From the NCBI GenBank assembly GCA_040768745.1, contig JAXGMI010000001.1, positions 1,792,001 to 1,856,000 of the forward strand: a stretch of 64,000 nt of DNA, given 5' to 3'. A program made the translations under genes and the position numbers. The notes beneath the pieces are model-generated. The model was given only the letters and a program-made list of their open reading frames with translations, searched no databases and had not been told where the DNA came from. Numbering within the stretch: the first letter of the stretch is position 1; each line of letters starts with the position of its first letter. This DNA comes from Desulfomicrobium sp. GTDB lineage: Bacteria; Desulfobacterota; Desulfovibrionia; Desulfovibrionales; Desulfomicrobiaceae. This document shows positions 41,293 to 49,945 of the stretch, one piece after another.

Positions 41293-43168
41293 CCCAAGTT
41301 TGACAGCAATATCGAGCTTATTTGTTTAAAATTAGGATATTATCGCTTCGGCGCTAGTTGGAGTTTACACTACATTTCCTTTTTCTCCACGGGTCGGGAT
41401 CGGCGGGACTCCCAGAGCACGCAGGATCTTTTTCTGCGCGTCCGTGGGGCGACTAGGAGTCATCAGCGTCTCCTCTCCGACCATGATCTCCCCCATCTTG
41501 ATCTGACGCAGAAGGCGGATGGCTGTCGGCACAGACACTGCCATTCCTTTGAGCTTGTTGCGCATCCAGCGCTCTAACTGCAATGCGATCACGCAGACAA
41601 ACACATGTGCCCTGATTCGCTCCTCAGTCCAGTGATACACAGGGCGTAGTTCCAAGGTGCTTTTGAGCGCTCTCCATCCCCGTTCAATTTCAGCAAGCTC
41701 TTTGTAATGTTTGATAATGTCTGCGCATGGTGCATCCATGTCGGTTGTTTCGAGAAGCAAGACGCCATCGATCTTTTCCTCCCAAGCCCTGCGTTTCCTG
41801 TGGGCCTTGACGATGACCTGATCCTGAGTGAGCGCAACTTGGAACAATGAGAGCAAGCCCTTGTCACGCAGGTAATCCCTGATGCGGTCGTATTGACCCT
41901 GTGGGCTTGGTTTGCGTCCCTTGCCTGACCTTGGGGCGAGTATTTCCCGGATCTTGGCATCGGCCTTGGCAAGGCGCTCCTGGCGGTTCGCCTTGGTTTC
42001 GGCTGCGATCTTCGGAGAATAGGCCATAACGAACCGGACCCCGCTGCGAACTTCCTCGACAATCTCCTCGTCCTGCCCATTAAACGAGATCTTAAGACGC
42101 AACGCCTCGATCACGCTCCGCGCCTCCTCTCCACGACGCAATGGATGCGCCACGATGAAGCCGAATTCCTCGGCCAGCAACGTCTCGAGATTTTGGTCCG
42201 AGAGCATTCCCCTGTCCCCGACAAACACCACGCTGCGTAGCTTGAAGCGAGTCTTCAGATCCTTCACCACCTCAACCACAGTGGTCTTATCCACGGTGTT
42301 CCCCGGAAAGACATGGTGGCAAAGCGGTATGCCGTCCTTGCCCATGACCACGCCGATGGTGATTTGGCGCCGATCAAACCGGCCATCGCGACTGTATCCG
42401 AAGCGCCGAATGTCATCCTCCACCAACGATCGATCCCCGTCGAACCATGTGGAAGTGATGTCATAGAAGAGCAGGTCGCCTTCCCAATGCGCCTTGGGCA
42501 TGAAGCGCTTGGCTATCAAGGGCTCCAAAGCTTCCTTCGCATCCAGCAATCTATCCATGGCGCGCAGGAGATGGTGATAGGCCGGGCGGTGTTGCTCAAA
42601 TCCAGAAAGCCAGACGCCATCGAGCCAATCCAGTAGCGCCAGTTTGGAGCACGGATCGCAGAGTCGATTGACGATCAGCAACTTGATCAGTTCAGCATAA
42701 TCCATCCCGGCCCCGGTCTTTACTCCTGCACGGGCCAGGGCTTTGGAGAGTCCCAGGATTTCCCAGAGATGTTTGACCGCGTGAACATGTCCGAAATCAC
42801 GTGCAAACGTGAGGAGCGGCGGTCCAGTCTGAACCGGGTCTCGACCGAGAGCTTTCTGGAAGCCAGCGATGAGTCTCTCGACCTGGTCTTCGCCCAAACT
42901 CTCGATAGTGCCGAGATGAGCCAGGATGCGTGTGCGCGGAGATCCGCCTTTCTCGGGATCACGGAAAGATTCCGCGATCTGAAGATGGCGGTAGACTTTG
43001 TCGCCTCGTTTCTGCTTGGCTATTCGTACAAACATAAACTACGAGTAGCATTATTATTCATGAATAGCAATGTTTATGTCTATTTTGTACGTACTACAAA
43101 TTGGGCATTAAAAAACAATATAAGTCATAACTTCGAGGTGTTAGCCTCAGGCCGCTGTCAAACTTGGG
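41293..43168 (-). mobile_element. Complete IS1634-family insertion sequence (1876 bp)
   Basis: Perfect 15-bp IRs CCCAAGTTTGACAGC / GCTGTCAAACTTGGG; 6-bp TSD GTGCCG at 41287-41292 and 43169-43174. Confidence 0.93.
41365..43035 (-). CDS. IS1634-family DDE transposase
   Basis: FYDITSTWF, FGYSRDGR, VGDRGM, IERGWRALK..LRPVYHW..RIRAHV. Confidence 0.92.
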   Translation of the reverse strand: MFVRIAKQKRGDKVYRHLQIAESFRDPEKGGSPRTRILAHLGTIESLGEDQVERLIAGFQKALGRDPVQTGPPLLTFARDFGHVHAVKHLWEILGLSKALARAGVKTGAGMDYAELIKLLIVNRLCDPCSKLALLDWLDGVWLSGFEQHRPAYHHLLRAMDRLLDAKEALEPLIAKRFMPKAHWEGDLLFYDITSTWFDGDRSLVEDDIRRFGYSRDGRFDRRQITIGVVMGKDGIPLCHHVFPGNTVDKTTVVEVVKDLKTRFKLRSVVFVGDRGMLSDQNLETLLAEEFGFIVAHPLRRGEEARSVIEALRLKISFNGQDEEIVEEVRSGVRFVMAYSPKIAAETKANRQERLAKADAKIREILAPRSGKGRKPSPQGQYDRIRDYLRDKGLLSLFQVALTQDQVIVKAHRKRRAWEEKIDGVLLLETTDMDAPCADIIKHYKELAEIERGWRALKSTLELRPVYHWTEERIRAHVFVCVIALQLERWMRNKLKGMAVSVPTAIRLLRQIKMGEIMVGEETLMTPSRPTDAQKKILRALGVPPIPTRGEKGNVV

Positions 43169-43385
43169 GTGCCGGCGGTGCCGTCCGCAGGTCGGGTCAA
43201 GGCATTGTAGGTGTTCACGAGAAACCTGTCGCCCATGAACAGAATCTGCAGGTTGCCCAAATCCTTCCTGGCCGCCGCCCAGGTGCTCGAATCGATCATG
43301 AAGTAGCCGCGTTTCCTGTCGGCGCGCTTGAGTGTGGCCATCATGAAGTCCATGGACACGACCAGGAATCCAGCCTTGGGATTTC
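43169..43385 (-). pseudogene. Middle fragment of the same TupA-like gene; N-terminal part absent
   Basis: DFMMATLKRADRKRGYFMIDSSTW..LVNTYNAL..DGTAGT continues in frame into the 3' fragment once the IS and one TSD are removed. Confidence 0.65.
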
Positions 43386-43534
43386 CGGCTTGACAAGTTG
43401 TTTATGCCAAAAAGGACATAGATGCTGCCGACATGGCGGGATAGGTTCCTGGCGCGGGGTCTGCTCAGCATCCCCCCTGCTGCGCTGGGTGGTCCCGGCA
43501 GTGTGAGCATACCCAAAGTGTCCTGAGGGTTGGA

Positions 43535-45016
43535 TCAGCCGGCAGTTGCCGATGAGGGAGCGTTGAATATGTCCAGTATGGCCTTGTCCAGGTATTTCTC
43601 CTCCCGGTAGGTGAGGAATGCGGAGTTGAAGGCCCTGGTCACGTCGCTGACCTTCCGGCAGGCCCTGCCGATGTCCCGCGAGTAGGATCTCACGACATCG
43701 CGTCCGTCAGCCCAGGCCGCGTCCTTGTCTTCCGCCGTGGCGGCCTTCAAGAGTTCTTCATCGATTTCATCGAGTTCCTCTTCCATGCCTGCCTGCGCGT
43801 TCATGATCTGCATGAGGTGGGTGTTGAGATAGTGGCACATCCCTCCGGCGGCATTGCGGAGCACCCTGTTCCGCTGATCCTCCATGGCCTGCGTTATGTT
43901 GGTGGCGATGCCCTCGTAATAGAGCAGGTACCCTGCATCATCTGTTTTCGCCCTGGCTGTGACGTCCAGTTCCAGGGATGCGCCGGAAATCGCCCGCAGA
44001 CGGACGTGCTTGTTGGCGACAAAGCCCTGTTCGTTCAGCTCGGCCAGAATTTCCGCTCTCGTTGAATCCAGCTCGAAGAACCGATTGACCTCGCTGCGCA
44101 GGGCCTCCTCCTTGCCGGAGAAACCCAGCAGCTCAATCCCTGCGTCGTTGATATCCAGAAAAATTCCGTCCGGGGTGAGGCAAAAGGCCATGTCCTTGGT
44201 GCCGTGAAAGAAGTCCCTGTATTTCTGCTCGCTGCGATGCAGGGCTTCCACCGCCTTCTTCTCCTCCGTGATGTCGCGGATGACGTGGTCCATGCGCTGC
44301 ACATCGCGTTTCCGGCAGTAGACAATGTATCCTTCGTCGCGCACCCATCTGACCTTTCTGTTTGCCCTGACAATCCGGTACTCCAACTCCCCGTACTCTT
44401 CGCTGGAGAGGTCCCGGTAGAAGGCCTGCACCACCTCGCGATCGTCCGGATGAACGAAGCCGAGCAGGTCGTCCTCTCGGGCCTTGGCCAGGGTCCTGAG
44501 CGGGATGCCGAAGAGTTGTTCGGCAGCAGGATTGATGGCCAGGATCCTCCTGTCGGCGGCGGAAAAGGAAACGACCACATCGTGCATGGAGTGCAGGATG
44601 CTTTCCAGCCGATCGTTCAGCCGCGTGACTTCATGTAAGGCCTCACGCTTGGCCGTGGTGTCGAGCAGGGAAACGAGCACCAGGGGAACCGGGACAGACT
44701 CCAGCAGGGACATGTCCATTTCCACCCAGGTCGGGTCAGCAGGTCCTGGCAATTGCATCTCCCAGGGTTCAGCAGGCGTTTTTCCCGCACAGATGTCGAG
44801 ATACCCGGATTCCGCTTTGCTCTGGTCCTGCGCATCCACCAAGCTGAAAAACCGCTGGCCCAGGAGGGCATGGTGTTCGCGTCCGGCCATGGCGCAAAAG
44901 GCATCGTTGGCGTACGCGATCTGGCCGCCCTTCAGAACGGCGATGCCTTCTCTGCAGCGCCCAACGATCCTGGCGTAATCGACCGTACTCTCGGGGAAGT
45001 TATGTTTGGTGTGCAT
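43535..45016 (-). CDS. Triple-PAS protein with C-terminal HisKA(DHp)-like helix and no HATPase domain
   Basis: Three PAS-like segments (YANDAFCAMAG, INPAAEQLFG..VHPDDR, INDAGIELLG); AGGMCHYLN. Confidence 0.8.
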   Translation of the reverse strand: MHTKHNFPESTVDYARIVGRCREGIAVLKGGQIAYANDAFCAMAGREHHALLGQRFFSLVDAQDQSKAESGYLDICAGKTPAEPWEMQLPGPADPTWVEMDMSLLESVPVPLVLVSLLDTTAKREALHEVTRLNDRLESILHSMHDVVVSFSAADRRILAINPAAEQLFGIPLRTLAKAREDDLLGFVHPDDREVVQAFYRDLSSEEYGELEYRIVRANRKVRWVRDEGYIVYCRKRDVQRMDHVIRDITEEKKAVEALHRSEQKYRDFFHGTKDMAFCLTPDGIFLDINDAGIELLGFSGKEEALRSEVNRFFELDSTRAEILAELNEQGFVANKHVRLRAISGASLELDVTARAKTDDAGYLLYYEGIATNITQAMEDQRNRVLRNAAGGMCHYLNTHLMQIMNAQAGMEEELDEIDEELLKAATAEDKDAAWADGRDVVRSYSRDIGRACRKVSDVTRAFNSAFLTYREEKYLDKAILDIFNAPSSATAG

Positions 45017-45064
45017 ATCGTTCCATCGCTGTCTCGATTTAACAGGTTGGGGGTGCCCCGGACT

Positions 45065-46132
45065 TTACTCAGCCCTGCGCCGGTCCAGGCTCTCGGCATT
45101 GCAAAAGTCCTGGTAGGCGTCGTGGTCCAGGGGGTAGTCCCAGGAACCGTTGCGCAGTTCGATCCTTCCGCCGAATCCGGTCTTGAAACGGTAGAGCCCG
45201 TAAAAAGGATGGGCCGGATCCAGACCGGGAGAGACTGCGCCCATCTCGTAGGTAGCGCATCCGCGCGCACGGGCCATCAGCATGGCGTCCCAGTGCAACG
45301 CATACGGCCCCATGAAGTTCCTCTTGATGTTCGCGGACGCGCCATACAGGAAGTTCGCGGCCTTGCCGGTGATGGCCACGATGGCCCCGGCCAGGATGTC
45401 GCGGCCGTGCTGTGCGAGCAGAAACAGGATCTCAGCGTCTTTCCGTCTGCGGATCTGCGCGCTGAAAAGGGCCACGAAATGCCTGTAGCTGCAGGAGCTG
45501 AACCCGTTCCGCGACGCGGTCTGGCAATAGAGGGAATGGAATTCACGCAGCTTGTCCACGGACACGGCCCGTATCGTCACGCCTTTGCGGTGGGCGAGTC
45601 CGATATTGTAGCGTGTTTTCGGCTTCATGCGGCCCAGAATGTGCTCCTCCTGCCCGACAATGTCGACGACCAGCGAGCTGGCCACGGTCATATCCCGGAA
45701 CGATTTTCTGATGTTCCAGAATCGCGTGCCCATATTCATGCGCAGTTCGCGGATCCGCGGCTCCGGAAACGAATTCCATTTCTGCGCTTGCATCTCGTCG
45801 GCATATTGCGACTTCCACGGCAGGTCGTAGCGGATGAAGGCCACCTTCGGGCCCAGGTGCCGGGACAGTTTGACGGAAACGTGCTCCAAAAAAGGGCCGT
45901 AATCCTCCTCGGCCGGCGCAAATTCCGGGCCTTGGGGCACGTATGCGACCGCCTTTCCGCGGCCGAAGGGCTGGAGCAAAACCAGGACGTCCCCGCACTG
46001 CCGGGAAGAGAGCAGGTCGAAGGCCATGGGCGTGTAGCCCAGGCGGGACTTCACCTGCGCCCAGTACCGGGTTTGAAACAGAATGTCCGTGGGCAGCAGC
46101 GCTGACGTTGTTTTCGACGAAAGGTCCAACAT
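45065..46132 (-). CDS. FemABX-family aminoacyl-tRNA-dependent transferase
   Basis: LFQTRYWAQVK, YVPQGP, MKPKTRYNIGLA, YLYGAS-like motif, GLYRFKTGFGG. Confidence 0.88.
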   Translation of the reverse strand: MLDLSSKTTSALLPTDILFQTRYWAQVKSRLGYTPMAFDLLSSRQCGDVLVLLQPFGRGKAVAYVPQGPEFAPAEEDYGPFLEHVSVKLSRHLGPKVAFIRYDLPWKSQYADEMQAQKWNSFPEPRIRELRMNMGTRFWNIRKSFRDMTVASSLVVDIVGQEEHILGRMKPKTRYNIGLAHRKGVTIRAVSVDKLREFHSLYCQTASRNGFSSCSYRHFVALFSAQIRRRKDAEILFLLAQHGRDILAGAIVAITGKAANFLYGASANIKRNFMGPYALHWDAMLMARARGCATYEMGAVSPGLDPAHPFYGLYRFKTGFGGRIELRNGSWDYPLDHDAYQDFCNAESLDRRRAE

Positions 46133-46246
46133 ATCCGGCTCCTTGAACGAACGTTTTCGGGTTTCTGAAACAGCGTTGGGGATGCCTGCCCTGAATCAGG
46201 GAGTGATTCTTCAGCATGTCTCCAGGGGTCCCTGGGCCCGCATCCC

Positions 46247-46660
46247 TCAGCTATCGTAGTTTCCGGACCGCTCCGGCTGGTCGATGACTTCCTTGATGGC
46301 CAGACGCAACATGCCTCCACCGGGTCTCGGCCACTCGATTTCGTCGCCTTCGGACAGGCCCAGCAGTGCGCTGCCAACCGGGGCGAAGATGGAAATGGTT
46401 CCGCCGTTGATGTCCGTTTCCCCGGGATAGACGAGTTTGAGACAGTACTCCTCGTTGGAGTTCAGAAGCTGGAATTTGACCGTGGAGTTCATGGTCACCA
46501 CCGATGGCGGGACCTTCCTGGGATCCACTCTGATGGCGCGTTCCAGCTCCCCCTCCAGTTCGCTCTTGCCGGGGAATGCGGTGTTGGGCATCGAGTCCAG
46601 GAGTATTTCAAGCCGCTCGGCATCCTGGGCCGTGATGATGATGTCTGGTTTTCTGTTCAT
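46247..46660 (-). CDS. rnk: Regulator of nucleoside diphosphate kinase (GreA/B family)
   Basis: VVTMNSTV, LVYP, ISIFAPVGSALLGL..GDEIEWPRPGG, QPERSG. Confidence 0.93.
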   Translation of the reverse strand: MNRKPDIIITAQDAERLEILLDSMPNTAFPGKSELEGELERAIRVDPRKVPPSVVTMNSTVKFQLLNSNEEYCLKLVYPGETDINGGTISIFAPVGSALLGLSEGDEIEWPRPGGGMLRLAIKEVIDQPERSGNYDS

Positions 46661-46771
46661 GTTTTTCTCCTGTGCGGGCATGTCGATACCTGGCCCGGCC
46701 CGGTGGGCCGGTTGCGGGATTTCAGCCCCTGCGTGTGGGCTGTCTTGTCCAGGTTGTGTTTTGGGCAAACG

Positions 46772-46804
46772 AAAAGGGGGCGTGCGACAAACACGCCCCC
46801 TTTT
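46772..46804 (-). terminator. Terminator hairpin in rnk leader (candidate attenuator)
   Basis: AAAAGGGGGCGTG-N7-CACGCCCCCTTTT about 110 nt upstream of the rnk start. Confidence 0.7.
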
Positions 46805-47225
46805 GTGTGATACACAATGTTCAGGGCGTGATCAGGTGTCCACGCGGCGGCGAAGCTCTGCTGCTTCGGATATACGGCTTTGCTGGTTGCGTTGGGTCAT
46901 TGTCGTCGTCTGTTGGGACTGGGGAGTCCCGCTGTTGTCCCTGGTGCAAGAAAAAGGGGAAGCATCCAGTTGAGCCGGGACTCTTCCCTGAAAATACAAA
47001 AACAAAAACAAGCCATTCGTAACAGCTTGTTCCAGTTCATGCAAGTGGCCACATCTGCCAGGTGTTTTTGTCCCTCCCGCCCCGGACCAGGCGGTGCGGG
47101 ATGTGCCCATGGGCGCAGATCCAACCCGCCGGATACATCCAGGAAAAGACAGGTCCAGTCTGCACGGGAAACAGCGCTGCGGTTCTCCGCATGCAACCGG
47201 AACAGCATGGCCCGGCCATGCTGTT

Positions 47226-47417
47226 TCAATCGGCATTGTCAAGAATCTCCGCAAATTTTCTTTTCAGGTCGTCAAGCTCTGTCAGGATGGCAATGAGCAC
47301 TGCCCGCTGTCCGTCATCGGCAGGCAGATCTGAGAGCTGGTCCTGGAGTCGCAGAATCCTGGCCCCGAGAATGTCATAAACTCGGGAAATCTGGCGTTGT
47401 GTGGTTGTGTTTCTCAT
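47226..47417 (-). CDS. Small helical-hairpin hypothetical protein (63 aa)
   Basis: Amphipathic helices ILRLQDQLSDL and LTELDDLKRKFAEIL; no family recognised. Confidence 0.45.
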   Translation of the reverse strand: MRNTTTQRQISRVYDILGARILRLQDQLSDLPADDGQRAVLIAILTELDDLKRKFAEILDNAD

Positions 47418-47914
47418 GCAGGATGTTCTCGGCCTGGTTGCATCCAGGTGAAGTTGGATTCCTGACAGCCGAAAATGGTACAAATGTCAATCTGCGGGTT
47501 GTGTTGCACCCATTTGTCGACCTGCCTGGGGACGGGATTTTCTCGGACACAGGATCGGAAGCGCCAGGATCTGCCCATGACTCAGGTCCAGACGATCGGT
47601 TTGCGCGGCAACGTTTCCCCGCTTTCGGCCCTAGCGTCTCCAGGGTCCCATGATCGAGACTGTTGCATGCGGCCGCATGTTCGCCAAGCTTCTTGATTTT
47701 GACCCGGGCAGAACATACCGTGTCCAAAATCGCCGCCGCTCAGGAAGGGGCTTGGGTGCGCCTTTTCATTTTCCATGACGCGGGAATCCACCCGGGAAGG
47801 CATGAGCAGAGGCACAACCACCAGACGGCCCCGCCCGGTTGGCAGCAGTCGCTGGCTGCAACTGACCGGAAGGCCCCGCAAAGTTAGCCTGGACTCCTGA
47901 AGATGGGACATCCA

Positions 47915-48121
47915 ATGCACGACAATGAACTTCTTCGAATGCTGCCCTGCGCCAAATGCAAGAGCACGGATTTGCGGATAGAGTCCTGCAAGCCCCTGGG
48001 GCATACACGTGAGCTCTGGCGCGTTGTGTGTTCCTGTGGCAATGCGGCGCAGCAATGGTCTGTCTCGCGACCCGCTGCAGTCCGCCAATGGAACAGGTGT
48101 CTGGCGGAGGCGCGCATCTAG
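47915..48121 (+). CDS. Small zinc-ribbon protein, Lar (restriction alleviation)-like pattern
   Basis: LPCAKCKS..VVCSCG..AAVRQWNR. Confidence 0.65.
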   Translation: MHDNELLRMLPCAKCKSTDLRIESCKPLGHTRELWRVVCSCGNAAQQWSVSRPAAVRQWNRCLAEARI

Positions 48122-48154
48122 ACCCGTTCCCGATGTTCAACCTGAGAGGTCACA

Positions 48155-48757
48155 GTGAAACAATTCTTCTTTTTCGGGGACTCCATCACCCTGGGTGTCA
48201 ACGACCCCAAGGGCAACGGATGGGTGGGTCGGTTCATCCACAGGGCCATCGACGAGTACACATTGCCGGTGCCGCCCACCACCTTCTACAATCTGGGAGT
48301 CCGCAGGAATTCGAGCCGGGACATCCTGGGCCGCTGGGCAGCAGAATTCAGCGTCCGCCGGATGCAATCCGCCCGGCATTACCTGATCTTTTGTTTCGGC
48401 ACGGTGGACACGGTCCTTGCCGATGGAAAACCCAATGTTGACGTAGGTGAATCCGAGAACAATGCCCGTCTGATCCTTTCCGGGGCAAAAGAAGCGGGCA
48501 GGGTTCTGCTCATGAGCCCTCCTCCAGTTCGGGACGAAAGTCATTCCGAACGGATTGCGGCCTTGATCCGGGGCTACGCAACGCTCTGCCATGAGGCGGG
48601 GGTTCCGTTCCTGGACATCTTCAGCCCCCTGCGCGGGAAAAGGGACTTTCTGAATTCACTGGGCGATGGGATTCATCCGGACCCGGAGGGAAACACGCAG
48701 ATCGCTGGGCTGATTTCGGGATCGGATGTGGTGCAGTCCTGGGTGCAGGAGGAGTGA
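48155..48757 (+). CDS. SGNH/GDSL hydrolase
   Basis: FGDSIT, NLGVR, DGIHP. Confidence 0.88.
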   Translation: MKQFFFFGDSITLGVNDPKGNGWVGRFIHRAIDEYTLPVPPTTFYNLGVRRNSSRDILGRWAAEFSVRRMQSARHYLIFCFGTVDTVLADGKPNVDVGESENNARLILSGAKEAGRVLLMSPPPVRDESHSERIAALIRGYATLCHEAGVPFLDIFSPLRGKRDFLNSLGDGIHPDPEGNTQIAGLISGSDVVQSWVQEE

Positions 48758-48824
48758 TCGCGGAGACCCCTGAGAATTGCGGCAGGCCCTGGTCTGTGCC
48801 AGGGGACTCCGGCAGGGAGAAACC

Positions 48825-49541
48825 ATGACCGCGATCCCGTTTCTGCAGGGTCTGGGCACGGGGGCCGGACTGATCATCGCCATCGGCGCCCAGAACGCCT
48901 TTGTGCTGACCCAGGGTTTGGCCCGCAATCACCATCTGACCGTGGTCCTGATCTGCGCCCTCAGCGACGCGCTGCTCATCGCCGCCGGTCTGGCCGGCAT
49001 GGGCGCGGTCCTGCAGGCCGACACGGCACTTCTGTCCTGGGCCACCTGGCTCGGGGCCTTGTTTTTGTTCTGGTATGGACTGCGGTCCTTCCGGTCGGCC
49101 TTGGGGTCAGGCGGACTCGAACCCGGCCAGCGGGCGGGCTTGGGGTTCTGGGCCACCGTGGCCGCCACCCTGGCCGTGACCTATCTGAACCCCCATGTCT
49201 ATCTGGATACTGTCCTGCTTCTGGGTTCCATCGGCGGGCGGTACCCCCTGCCGGAGCGCGTGGCGTTCGGGGCGGGGGCGGCCACGGCGTCCCTGCTCTG
49301 GTTCCTGGCCCTGGGCCTGGGCGCTCCATTGTTCCTGCCCCTGTTTCGCCATCCCCGGTCCTGGGCCGTGCTCGACATCCTGGTGGGTCTGACCATGTGG
49401 GGGGTGGCCGCCTCCCTGGTGGTTCCGGCGCTGTCATCCTCCCCCTTTACCCCTGAACCTCCGCCAGCTATCACCCTCCCATCGGAGGAACCATGGCCAA
49501 GAAATACGACCCCTGCATGCACACGGCGGAACACATCCTGA
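48825..49541 (+). CDS. LysE/ArgO-family amino acid exporter
   Basis: LIIAIGAQNAFVL, TYLNPHVYLDTV. Confidence 0.9.
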   Translation: MTAIPFLQGLGTGAGLIIAIGAQNAFVLTQGLARNHHLTVVLICALSDALLIAAGLAGMGAVLQADTALLSWATWLGALFLFWYGLRSFRSALGSGGLEPGQRAGLGFWATVAATLAVTYLNPHVYLDTVLLLGSIGGRYPLPERVAFGAGAATASLLWFLALGLGAPLFLPLFRHPRSWAVLDILVGLTMWGVAASLVVPALSSSPFTPEPPPAITLPSEEPWPRNTTPACTRRNTS

Positions 49542-49945
49542 ACCAGACCATGGACCGGCTTTTCGCCTGTGGCCGCTGCTTTTCGGCCCACGTCAACCCG
49601 GACAAGGCCAAGTGCGACTACCATTTTGGGCGGGACCTGACCGAGGCCGAGGCGCGGGAGGTGGAGGCGCGGGTTAACGCCGTGATCGCTGCCGACCTGC
49701 CGGTTGCGGCCGAGACCATGGACCGGTTTGAAGCCCAATCCCGCTTCAGCCTGGAACGTCTGCCCGGGGAGGCGGCCGCGGAACTGGCTGCCATTCGGGT
49801 CATACGCATCGGGGACTACGACGCCTGCCCCTGCATCGGCGAGCACGCGACCCGCACCAGAGCCCTGGGCACCTTCCGCCTGACCACCCACTCCCATGCG
49901 GACGGCGTGCTCCGGCTCCGCTTCAAGCTGTCCAAACCCGCATGA
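49493..49945 (+). CDS. Small AlaX-type tRNA trans-editing protein
   Basis: HTAEH (HxxxH) and CIGEH (CxxxH) zinc motifs, [10 protein letters not shown]. Confidence 0.8.
   Translation: MAKKYDPCMHTAEHILNQTMDRLFACGRCFSAHVNPDKAKCDYHFGRDLTEAEAREVEARVNAVIAADLPVAAETMDRFEAQSRFSLERLPGEAAAELAAIRVIRIGDYDACPCIGEHATRTRALGTFRLTTHSHADGVLRLRFKLSKPA

Noticed and set aside
47666..47679. Perfect 14-bp palindrome CATGCGGCCGCATG
   Set aside because: Single GC-rich occurrence with no associated feature; compatible with chance.
46900..47900. Several overlapping 60-170 aa ORFs on both strands
   Set aside because: No motifs, SD support or consistent coding signal, apart from the 63-aa ORF reported at low confidence.
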